Shown: piece by piece, positions 26,454 to 35,123 of the stretch
Numbering within the stretch: position 1 is the stretch's first letter
How the letters are laid out: the number at the start of each line of letters is the position of its first letter
From: a virus
Lineage: Duplodnaviria > Caudoviricetes
Strand: one strand, 5' to 3'
IMG/VR virus record: IMGVR_UViG_3300046791_000370
Span: 1 to 59,183 of that record
DNA length: 59,183 nt
Translations under genes and position numbers: made by a program
The notes under the pieces: model-generated
Databases searched by the model: none
The model's input: the letters and a program-made list of their open reading frames with translations, nothing else
What the model was told of the DNA's origin: nothing

Positions 26454-29400
26454 GTGGATTCCAAGACCTCGGCGGCGCTCGATACAATATCAAGGCCGTC
26501 GATCAGTTCTCGAAAGTCTTCCAGCAGCTCCGCGGCGAGTTCGAGGCCACGCGCGATGCGGCCAAGGCCACTCGTCGGGAGCTGGCCAGCGCGGCGGCGG
26601 ACAAGGGGAAGTTCGCCTCCGCCGGCCAGGGAGACAACCAGAAGAACCTCCAGGCCGAGCTGGACGCGATCCGGAAGCAGAGCAGCGCCCTGAAGTCCAG
26701 GCTCGCGCTCCGGCAGAAGCTCGCCGACCAGGAGGCTGGAGAGGCCGCCACCCGCCAGAAGGCCGAGGACCAGGCCAGCAAGGCGGCCCAGACGGCAGCC
26801 AAGCAGGCCGCCTCGGTCCAGATCGCCGAGCAGCGCAAGCGCACCGTGGCCGAGGCCGCCGAGCAGCGCAAGCGCGCCGCCGCCGAGCAGGTCGCAGCCC
26901 GGGCTGGCGCGAAGGCTCAGGCCGATGCCGCCAAGGCGGCCAAGAACGCACAACGAGCACTCCAGGACGCCTTCGAGGGATCGACGTCTCAAGGCAACAA
27001 GCTACTGTTCACGTTCCGGCGCCTGGTCGGCGTCCTGGCTCTGTTCACTTTGGCGCGCAAGGCCGTGCAGGGCTTCGGCGAGCTGGTCAACTCCTCGATC
27101 GCGTTCAATGCGCAGGTCGAGCAGAGCAGGCTGGGCATCGGCTCCCTGCTCGTGACCCTGGGCGACATCACCGACCTCGCGACCGGCAAGCTGGTCGAGG
27201 GCCCGGCCGCGTTCACGGCCGCGGTCAAGCTGGCGGACGACCAGGTGGCCAAGCTGCGCCTGGATGCGCTGCGGACCACGGCCTCGTTCGAGCAGTTGGC
27301 CGAGACCTTCCAGCAGGCACTGGCCCCGGGCCTGCGCGCCGGCCTGAAGGTCGACGAGATCCGCGAGCTGTCGGTCCTGATCAGCCAGGGCGCGGCGGCC
27401 ATCGGCGTGGCACAGAACGCGCTCGGCGAGGAAACTCGAGCCTTGTTCGCCGGCATCATCAGCCAGCGCAACTCGAAGATCGCTACGGCCTTGGGCTTCA
27501 CCCCCGACCAGATCAAGACGGCCACGGCCGAGGGCAAGCTCTTCGAGGTCTTGAAGCGCAGGCTCCAGGGCTTCGCGGCTGCCGCGGACGAGAGCCAGCG
27601 CACGTTCACTGGCCTGCGCCAGGCGCTGAATGAAGCCTTCCAGATCACGACGGGCAAGGCCGGCGAGGCGTTCTTCCAGGAGCTGAAGGGCCTGCTGCTG
27701 GACCTGATCGGGATCTTCGTGGTGTTCGAGCGCGACGCCAAGAATGCGGTCATCGCGATCCACCCGAAGGAGGACACGGTCGCGATCTTCAAGCAGGTCT
27801 TCGACGCGCTCCAGTCAGGCGTCGTGGCGGCCCGCGAGTTCATCAAGAACCTGGACTTCACCGAGGTCAAGCGCCGGACCGGCGACGTCCTCCAGACGAT
27901 CCAGGCCGTGTTCTCGGTCCTGGTCTCGGTGGGCGCCACCCTGTTCCGGATCATCGGCCCGATCGTCAGCTCGTTCGCCCAGTTTGCGGATGCCATCAAG
28001 GCCATCGCCCCGCTCGTCGCGACGATCATCGGCCTGAAGCTCCAGTTGTTCCTGGTGCTGAACCTGGTCAAGAACCTGACCACAGCATTTGGCCTCCTGG
28101 GGAAAAATAGTGCGGTATCTGGGTTCGCTGGAATCTTCGCGGGTGGACGCAAGGAGCTGGGCCTGGCGACGATCGCGTCGCGCGGGCTGGGCGTCGGTCT
28201 GGCCGCGAGCTTCGGCATCGCGACCCTGATGGTGGCCGAGTTCGGCGACATGGAGACGGACCTGGCCGGCGCAGCCGAGGTCGTCGAGACCGTGCTGGTC
28301 TCCGCACTGCTGGATGCCACGAACGCGGCGGGCCAGTTCTTTGCGCAGATCCAGTCCACGGTGGCCCTGTTCGATCCGGCCCTGCGCGCCGAGAAGGGCA
28401 TCATCGCGTCGACCAAGGAGTTCATTACCCAGATCGTGGGCGAGACGGCGAAGGGCGCTCTGGAGATCGGCTCGGCTCTGCCCAAGGCCCTGGGCGGCGG
28501 CTCGTTCGGTGAGGCGGCCAACGAACTCCAGAAGGCGCTCGACGAGATCATCATCAAGAACGATGAGCTGGCCGAGAAGCTGGGCATCGATCGGAACAAG
28601 CGGCTGTCTGACAACATCGCCGACCTGGAGAACAAGCGTAGTGCGCGGGCGATCGAGCTGGCCCAGCGCTTGCAGGAAATCGCCGACCGGAAGGGTGCCG
28701 CCCTCAAGGCCAAGGAGGAGGCCAAGGCCCTGGCCGAGCAGGCCAAGAAGGACGCCGAGGCTGCATCGAAGGGCGAGGGCCCAGGCGTCAGCGTGACCGG
28801 TAAGCCGCGCGAGGTCACGGCCAAGGAGAAGTTCGAACTAGAGTCGGCCCGCGAGAAGCTGGCGCTCGACCAGGAGGCCGAGAAGCTGGAGGCCGCCACG
28901 GCCATCGAGAAGGCTTCGACCCGCTCCGAGGATGAGCAGAGCCTGGAGATCCTCCGAGCCAAGAGCCTGGAGCTGAAGCAGCAGGAGCAGATCCTGAGCC
29001 AGTTCCACGCGATCGAGCTGAAGAACTTCAATGACGAGCATCGGGCCGATCTCGACAAGCTGAACGGCCAAGATGCCCAGACGCAGGCCAAGCAGGAGCT
29101 GGCCATCCTCACGGCTCGCCAGGCCCTGGAAGAGAAGAAGGTCGGCAACGAGGCGCGGATCACCAAGCACGAGTTCGAGGAGCAGAACAAGATCGTCAAT
29201 GGCTCGCTGGCCGGTGGCTTCAGTGAGGGCCTGCTCAAGTTCTCCCAGCAGTTCGCATCGGAGTTCAAGGCCGGCATCGAGCTGGCCCAGGGCGCCCTCA
29301 ACTCGTTCGCGAGCTTCGTCAGCTCGACGATCGTGGACGCCTTCGACCCGACGCAGGACTTCGACCTCAAAGAACGATTTGCGCGTTTCCTTCAGGACAT

Positions 29401-30049
29401 CGCGCGCCTCGCGTTGGAGACGTTCGTGAAGATCGCCCTGGCCAAGGCAATCGCCCTGGCGTTCAGTGACGGCGGCCAGGTGCAGGCCGCGTTCGAGGGT
29501 GGCCATGTCGTCCCGAGCTTCCATCGTGGAGGCCAAGCGCGAGGCTATGCAGGTGGTGGCGTGATCCGTGGTGGCACGCCGGGCCCGGCCCACTTCGGTA
29601 TCGCGCAGCGCCGGCCCAAGGGTCTGCATCCGAGCGACAACCAGGCCGTGTGGGTCGCTATCAATGAGTTCATTCACCCCGTGAGGGCGGTCCGCAAGTA
29701 TGGACTGGCGTTCATGGAGAGCATTCGCTCGGGGGCGTTGTCGAGTGAGGCGGTTCATGCCCTGATGGCGGGGACGACCTTCCATCCCTCCTCATCGGCA
29801 ATGGCCCCGGGCTCCACTCGGGTCATCGGTATGGCCACGGGCGGGCAGGTTAGCGGCGCGGGCGAGATCGAGACGATCGCGGCCGGGCGCAGGGGCGGGG
29901 ACACGATTGTGCGGGTCCTGCCGGTGTTGGTCAACGATCGCCAGAGCGTGGAGCGCTTGGTGGCGGGCCGTGGCGGAGAGGTCTTCGACGAGCGCGATCG
30001 GCGCACGTCTTCACAGCGCGGCGCTCGCGACGCGCGGAGGAATCAGTAA
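26450..30049 (+). CDS. tape measure protein
   Basis: 1199 aa, Ala-rich helical; C-terminal AGGG...SD...NEFI...AVRKYG. Confidence 0.92.
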   Translation: MSGFQDLGGARYNIKAVDQFSKVFQQLRGEFEATRDAAKATRRELASAAADKGKFASAGQGDNQKNLQAELDAIRKQSSALKSRLALRQKLADQEAGEAATRQKAEDQASKAAQTAAKQAASVQIAEQRKRTVAEAAEQRKRAAAEQVAARAGAKAQADAAKAAKNAQRALQDAFEGSTSQGNKLLFTFRRLVGVLALFTLARKAVQGFGELVNSSIAFNAQVEQSRLGIGSLLVTLGDITDLATGKLVEGPAAFTAAVKLADDQVAKLRLDALRTTASFEQLAETFQQALAPGLRAGLKVDEIRELSVLISQGAAAIGVAQNALGEETRALFAGIISQRNSKIATALGFTPDQIKTATAEGKLFEVLKRRLQGFAAAADESQRTFTGLRQALNEAFQITTGKAGEAFFQELKGLLLDLIGIFVVFERDAKNAVIAIHPKEDTVAIFKQVFDALQSGVVAAREFIKNLDFTEVKRRTGDVLQTIQAVFSVLVSVGATLFRIIGPIVSSFAQFADAIKAIAPLVATIIGLKLQLFLVLNLVKNLTTAFGLLGKNSAVSGFAGIFAGGRKELGLATIASRGLGVGLAASFGIATLMVAEFGDMETDLAGAAEVVETVLVSALLDATNAAGQFFAQIQSTVALFDPALRAEKGIIASTKEFITQIVGETAKGALEIGSALPKALGGGSFGEAANELQKALDEIIIKNDELAEKLGIDRNKRLSDNIADLENKRSARAIELAQRLQEIADRKGAALKAKEEAKALAEQAKKDAEAASKGEGPGVSVTGKPREVTAKEKFELESAREKLALDQEAEKLEAATAIEKASTRSEDEQSLEILRAKSLELKQQEQILSQFHAIELKNFNDEHRADLDKLNGQDAQTQAKQELAILTARQALEEKKVGNEARITKHEFEEQNKIVNGSLAGGFSEGLLKFSQQFASEFKAGIELAQGALNSFASFVSSTIVDAFDPTQDFDLKERFARFLQDIARLALETFVKIALAKAIALAFSDGGQVQAAFEGGHVVPSFHRGGQARGYAGGGVIRGGTPGPAHFGIAQRRPKGLHPSDNQAVWVAINEFIHPVRAVRKYGLAFMESIRSGALSSEAVHALMAGTTFHPSSSAMAPGSTRVIGMATGGQVSGAGEIETIAAGRRGGDTIVRVLPVLVNDRQSVERLVAGRGGEVFDERDRRTSSQRGARDARRNQ

Positions 30050-31068
30050 TGGTCAACGTAGTCTTCATCGAAGGGTTCGAGGAAGCGCAGCAGCGCCTTT
30101 ACCTCCAGCGCAAGTGGGACCAGTATTTCCCCAACTCCGCTGCATTCTCGGCGGGCGCGTTCGTTGACACGACGGCGCTCGACATCTCGGCCGGCAACAC
30201 GCTTCTACGGACGCGCTCGTTCGGCCTGGATACCGACACGTTCTCCGTTGGCATCCGGATGAAGCTCTCCTCGACCGAGGTCAGCGGCAACGACTCGATC
30301 CGGTTCCTGCGCGGGGCCGGCGAGCAAGTGCGCTTTGACATCATCCGAGGCAGCACGGCGAGCTTCTTCAAACTGCGGGCCAAGGTCGGCTCGACCACGC
30401 TCGGGACGACGGCCGACATCTCCTGCGACGCCTGGCACTACGTGGAGGTCAGCGCGGTGGTCAAGACCTCGGCCACGGGCTCGGTCGACGTGTTCGTGGA
30501 TGAGCACTCGGCCCTCTCGGTGTCCGGAGTGGTGACGGCCGACACGGGCTCGACGCTCATGGACGTGATCTACTTCACGTTCGACGGCGGGATGACCGGC
30601 TCGATCGACGACATCTATGTGAACAAGGGCACGACCCTGGGCGACTGCAAGATCAAGGCGATCTTGGTCGACCTGGAAGGCACGACGAACGACTGGACGC
30701 CGAGCACGGGCTCGGACAACTCGGACCTGGTTGACGACGGTGTGACGTCCCCAAACGATGCGGACTATGTGGCCGCTGCATTGGACGACAAGCTCGACCA
30801 GTATACGGTCGCGGCGCTCAGCGGGATCACGACCCCGATCATCACTCTCCAGTTGAATGTCGCCACGGCTCTGGAGTCGGCCGGCTCGCGTCACATCGAG
30901 ATCGGCGTCGACTCGATCGGAACCGAGGCGCTGGGTGGGCAGCAGGCCGTGAGCAGCACGGTCTACTCGACCGTCTATTCCCTGTTCGACACGGACCCCG
31001 ACACCGCGTCGGCCTGGACTCAGACGTCCATCAACGCGCTGCTCCTGGAAATCTATTCGAGGGCCTAA
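30049..31068 (+). CDS. tail-associated protein, probable ConA/LamG-like fold
   Basis: FIEGFE, WHYVEV, IDDIYV, DWTPS. Confidence 0.7.
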   Translation: MVNVVFIEGFEEAQQRLYLQRKWDQYFPNSAAFSAGAFVDTTALDISAGNTLLRTRSFGLDTDTFSVGIRMKLSSTEVSGNDSIRFLRGAGEQVRFDIIRGSTASFFKLRAKVGSTTLGTTADISCDAWHYVEVSAVVKTSATGSVDVFVDEHSALSVSGVVTADTGSTLMDVIYFTFDGGMTGSIDDIYVNKGTTLGDCKIKAILVDLEGTTNDWTPSTGSDNSDLVDDGVTSPNDADYVAAALDDKLDQYTVAALSGITTPIITLQLNVATALESAGSRHIEIGVDSIGTEALGGQQAVSSTVYSTVYSLFDTDPDTASAWTQTSINALLLEIYSRA

Positions 31069-31069
31069 C

Positions 31070-32134
31070 ATGCTGAGATTCGCCGAGTCTTTCAACACTC
31101 ACCTGGGCGTCACGGAGATGGGCCGGCGCTATAGCGTCTTCACGTCTTCGACGGGGATCACCACGAGCGACCAGGTCACGTCCGCGGTCGGCACGTTCCT
31201 GCTCGTGCGCTCGGGCCTGGTGCTGGTCACCAAGGCCCTAGTCGGCTCAGTGACCAACACCTGGATCACCGGGCTCCGCATGAAGCTCGCGGGAAAGATC
31301 ACGGCCGGCGCGACGTTCACGGCCGGGTCCTCGTTCTACAGCGGCGTCGATCAGCAGGTCGGCTGGTCGCTGATCCGCATCGACGACTACCGCTACAGCC
31401 TGGTCGTCAAGCGCGGCGCCACGACCCTGGCCACGGTCGGGCCCTACTTCTACGACAAGGAGCACTACATCGAGTTCAAGGCGCTGGTCCGCACGAGCAC
31501 CAATGGGGCCTATGAACTCAAGGTCGACGGCGTGTCGGTGGCCTCGGCCAGCGGCGTCAACACGGCCAATGCCGGCACGGACGGCGCTGACCGCGCGAGC
31601 GCGTCCTGGGCCAACTCGGGCGGGCCGCAGATCGCGATCGGCGACTGGATCGTCCTGGATGACGCCTCGCCTGCCCCGACGGATTTCGTGGGCCCGGTGA
31701 TGGTCCTGGGCGGCGTGGCGACGGCCGACGGCACGACCTTGGACTGGACCCCATCCGCGGTGGGCGCGCACTTCTCCAAGGTGAACGAGGGCCCGGGCGC
31801 GTTCAACGACTCGACCTTCGTGGCATCGGAGACCATCGGCGACATCGATACCTATGTCTACAACCCGGCGGGCTTCGTGATCTTTGGAGACGGGACGACG
31901 ATCATCGGGATCGATCTGACCACGACCGCGGGCATGCAGGCATCGGGTGATGCCGACCTGAAGGGCCGCTACCGCGACCCGAGCACGACCGAGTCCGACT
32001 TCGGCGACTCGGCCAACATCGACAGCACGGCCCAGCGCAGCGTCGAGCACATCGCGGTCGAGAACCCGGTGACGACCAGCCCGTGGACGATGGACGACAT
32101 CTTGGACGGAGAGTTCGGGCCGACGAGGGTCTAA
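31070..32134 (+). CDS. tail-associated protein, paralog of 30049..31068
   Basis: FAESFN, HYIEFK, KVDG, DWIVLD, DWTPS. Confidence 0.7.
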   Translation: MLRFAESFNTHLGVTEMGRRYSVFTSSTGITTSDQVTSAVGTFLLVRSGLVLVTKALVGSVTNTWITGLRMKLAGKITAGATFTAGSSFYSGVDQQVGWSLIRIDDYRYSLVVKRGATTLATVGPYFYDKEHYIEFKALVRTSTNGAYELKVDGVSVASASGVNTANAGTDGADRASASWANSGGPQIAIGDWIVLDDASPAPTDFVGPVMVLGGVATADGTTLDWTPSAVGAHFSKVNEGPGAFNDSTFVASETIGDIDTYVYNPAGFVIFGDGTTIIGIDLTTTAGMQASGDADLKGRYRDPSTTESDFGDSANIDSTAQRSVEHIAVENPVTTSPWTMDDILDGEFGPTRV

Positions 32135-32137
32135 CCC

Positions 32138-33766
32138 ATGGTCACCCTAGACGTCACCCGGGTCTCTGGAGAAACCCTAGCGGAGTCTCCTGAGTCGGTC
32201 CAGGTCAACGGCCAGACCCTGACCCTGGTCGGTCAGGGCACCGCCTCGGCCCCGCTGCGCGCGACCCGCGTCTCGGGCGAGGTCTTGGTCAAGGTGCCGT
32301 CGCGCGTCCAAGCCACGGGCCAGAGCCTGACCCTGGTCGGCCAGGGTGGCGGTAGCGTGCCTCTGCGCGCCTCCAGGGTCTCGGGCGAGGTCTTGATCGA
32401 CGCGACGCCCACCCCGAGCGTCACGGCGCAGTCTCTGACGATCGTGGGCAAGAACGTGGGCAATGTGCCGCTGCGGGTGACCAGGGTCTCGGGCGAGATC
32501 CTGATCCGGCCGCCGGCCCCGCCGCCCATCCCGATCCCGCTGCCGGCGGACCTGACCTGGTGGCTGCACAACTGGGTGGTCGTGCCGACGCTGACGTCCT
32601 CGTTCTCCACCGACGTCACGCGCTCGCCCGAGAAGGGGACCGAGGGCCGCCGCGCGCTGAGGGCCAAGCCCGTGCGCAGCGCCGAGGTCCAGATCGGGCC
32701 GGTCGAGGGCCGCGAGAACGTGGAGTCCCTGATCCGGCACGCCAAGCGGTTCGTGCGCGAGCGCATGGTCATGCCCATCTTCGCCGACGTCATCCAGTTG
32801 ACGACGGCCGCGGACGACACCGACACGAAGCTGCTCTGCGATCCCCGCCAGCGCCGGTTCTTCAACGGCGGCCGGATCGTGGTGCTGACCCTGGGCCCGC
32901 TGGAGGAGATCCTCGCGGCGCAGGTCTACACGATCGAGACCGTCGGCAATGACTTCATTGACGTGGGCGCGGCACTTGGTTTTGATTACGAAGCGATCCG
33001 CACCGTGATCCTGCCGCTGATCGATGTGGAACAGGTGGGCCAGACCAAGTTCGTCTTCAACAAGCGCGGGGATGTGGGCACGGCCCTGATCAACGTGCAG
33101 GAGATCAGCGGTGACTCGGCTCTGCCAGCGCTCGGTCTATCAGGTTTCTATCAACATTCCGATGGCCGATACGTCTTCCCCTTCTTCCACAACTGGGCGG
33201 AGGACTTAGAAGTCACCTACGACCGTGAGGGCTCGGTGGTCGACGAGGGCCATGTGGCCGAGTTCGAGGCCGAGGAAGAGCGAGAACACGTGGTCCACCA
33301 TGCGCAGGCCGCGGGCGACCGTGAGACTTGTATGTCCTTCAATCGGTTCTTCGAGGGGCACATGGGCCGGTGCATGGAGTTCTGGCACGTCGACACCGAG
33401 TGCTTCTGGGAGGTCGCGAGCTGGCGCCCGAGTGGAATCGCCACCCGGGTGGACCTAGTCCCATTCGGCGAGTTCGACACCTTCGTCGAGCGGCTCGAAG
33501 AGACCGACTTCATCGGCTTCTTCCTGAAGGACGGGAGGGTCTTGGTGCGCGAGGTCATCACCAAGGTCGAGGCAGCTTCCTGGCAGCTCACCGTCTCCGG
33601 GGATCTTCCCATGGGGTATAGTGCAGCGGACGTCGAGCACGTAGCGGTCGCTCGGCTTTCCCGGTTCGACTCGGACTCGAACACGGAGCAATGGGAAGCG
33701 CCGCTCGCGGGCCGGATCGACTATGCGGTGCGCGAACTCCTGAACGAAGGTGATGTAGAGCTATGA
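32138..33766 (+). CDS. distal tail-like protein with N-terminal 36-aa repeats
   Basis: E.RRALR.KP.R, F...H.GR..EFW, RFDSD; position before the hub gene. Confidence 0.6.
   Translation: MVTLDVTRVSGETLAESPESVQVNGQTLTLVGQGTASAPLRATRVSGEVLVKVPSRVQATGQSLTLVGQGGGSVPLRASRVSGEVLIDATPTPSVTAQSLTIVGKNVGNVPLRVTRVSGEILIRPPAPPPIPIPLPADLTWWLHNWVVVPTLTSSFSTDVTRSPEKGTEGRRALRAKPVRSAEVQIGPVEGRENVESLIRHAKRFVRERMVMPIFADVIQLTTAADDTDTKLLCDPRQRRFFNGGRIVVLTLGPLEEILAAQVYTIETVGNDFIDVGAALGFDYEAIRTVILPLIDVEQVGQTKFVFNKRGDVGTALINVQEISGDSALPALGLSGFYQHSDGRYVFPFFHNWAEDLEVTYDREGSVVDEGHVAEFEAEEEREHVVHHAQAAGDRETCMSFNRFFEGHMGRCMEFWHVDTECFWEVASWRPSGIATRVDLVPFGEFDTFVERLEETDFIGFFLKDGRVLVREVITKVEAASWQLTVSGDLPMGYSAADVEHVAVARLSRFDSDSNTEQWEAPLAGRIDYAVRELLNEGDVEL
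32156..32500 (+). repeat. 108-bp in-frame tandem repeat (3 units plus part of a 4th)
   Basis: (T/S)RVSGE codons start at 32156, 32264, 32372, 32480. Confidence 0.9.
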
Positions 33767-34617
33767 AGGCAATCGTCAAGCCGCACAAGATCGCGTTCTG
33801 CCGCGTCGACTTCTTCAACGAAGCGACCGGCGCGTTCGTGGCCGGCTACACGAACCTGGACTACACCGAGGACTTCGACGGGAACACCTACACGTCCGTG
33901 CCGCGGATGAAGGTCGAGTTCGGGGCCAACACCGGCTCGATCGATCCGGACGCGCACGACACCATCGTCCGGATTCCCCTGGTGGATGACACGCTCCGCA
34001 AGCTGACCTATGGCGGCCCGATCAAAAACCTCATTATCAGGGTGCGCGAAGTTATTCGTGGATTGAAACCGGGTGAGAACACTTCCATCCTTACCTGGAC
34101 GTGGGGCAAGGCGATCAAATACGTCAAGGACCGGCCCAAGCGCGGCTGGGTCGAGTGGCTCGTGCGCCCGGACAAGGGCGAATACGACAAGCCGACCGGG
34201 CTAATCTGCGCGGGCCAGTGCTCGAACGCGCTCTTCACCCCGCCCTGCGGTCGACAGGGTTCCTATGGCCCGGCCAAGAACGACGAGCAGCGCACGGCCT
34301 TCTCTCTAGCCGTCGATCGTCAGCTTCTGATCGTCGATGATTACTCTGCGATCTCCTCACCGAAGACGTTCCGACGCGGCTCTGTGGAGTTCGACGGCGC
34401 GAACGTCTTGATCAGTGACTGGGATGAGGGCGATCCGAATCGCTTCCTGCTCGCCGAGTCCGTGAGCCAGGACTGGGTCGGGCAGAACCTGGTGCTCGTG
34501 CCGGGTTGCAACCGCTCGATCGAAGCCTGCCGTCTCCAGTGGAACAACGAAGCTCGCGCGAACATGGGCGGCTACTCGATGCCGACCGAGAATCCGCAGC
34601 TCAACCCGGACCGATGA
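33763..34617 (+). CDS. baseplate hub protein (DUF2163/BR0599-like, Cys-ligated cluster)
   Basis: C.NALF...CG and PGCNRSIEAC..QWNN....GG. Confidence 0.8.
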   Translation: MKAIVKPHKIAFCRVDFFNEATGAFVAGYTNLDYTEDFDGNTYTSVPRMKVEFGANTGSIDPDAHDTIVRIPLVDDTLRKLTYGGPIKNLIIRVREVIRGLKPGENTSILTWTWGKAIKYVKDRPKRGWVEWLVRPDKGEYDKPTGLICAGQCSNALFTPPCGRQGSYGPAKNDEQRTAFSLAVDRQLLIVDDYSAISSPKTFRRGSVEFDGANVLISDWDEGDPNRFLLAESVSQDWVGQNLVLVPGCNRSIEACRLQWNNEARANMGGYSMPTENPQLNPDR

Positions 34618-35123
34618 TCCATCACATCAGTCTGGACGTGCTCGGGTATCACTGGGCGCCGATCGACCCGGTGGCCGCGGGCAAGCTCCGGCGCGTTCTC
34701 CAGGAGTGGGAGGACACGCCCTACATGAGCGGAGCCGCGATCCCGGGCGAGGGTGTGGACTGCATCCACTACGGCGGCTCCTGCATGTGTAAGCTCCGCG
34801 GCTGGCCGGTCACGAAGATGGCCCGGCTCCCGCAGGACTTCTCGATGAACAACCGGCTCGGGGCCATGCGCGTCATGCACCAGATGCGGCGCACGTTCCC
34901 GGCGCACTACACGGTCCGCGACGGCGTCTGCCCCGCGGGCTCCGTCATGATCGTCGCCCCGACCGGCGGCGGGCCCGGCCACTGGCGCTTCGTCGGCGCC
35001 GACCGGAACACGATCTGGGAAGCCGGCGCGCTCGGGGTGCAGCGCTACGGCTGGAGCCTGGACGTTGCGAACTTCACCATCGTCCGTGTCTATGCCTTTT
35101 CCGATATGGAGACCTGGGTATGA
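34614..35123 (+). CDS. NlpC/P60-family tail peptidase
   Basis: W.DTPY.......GVDC and downstream GPGH; start at ATG 34614. Confidence 0.8.
   Translation: MIHHISLDVLGYHWAPIDPVAAGKLRRVLQEWEDTPYMSGAAIPGEGVDCIHYGGSCMCKLRGWPVTKMARLPQDFSMNNRLGAMRVMHQMRRTFPAHYTVRDGVCPAGSVMIVAPTGGGPGHWRFVGADRNTIWEAGALGVQRYGWSLDVANFTIVRVYAFSDMETWV

Noticed and set aside
26989-29370. 793-aa antisense ORF, and similar ones at 35324..37243, 24676..26322, 41856..43421, 19548..20900
   Set aside because: Shadow ORFs expected from high GC3 opposite well-supported genes.
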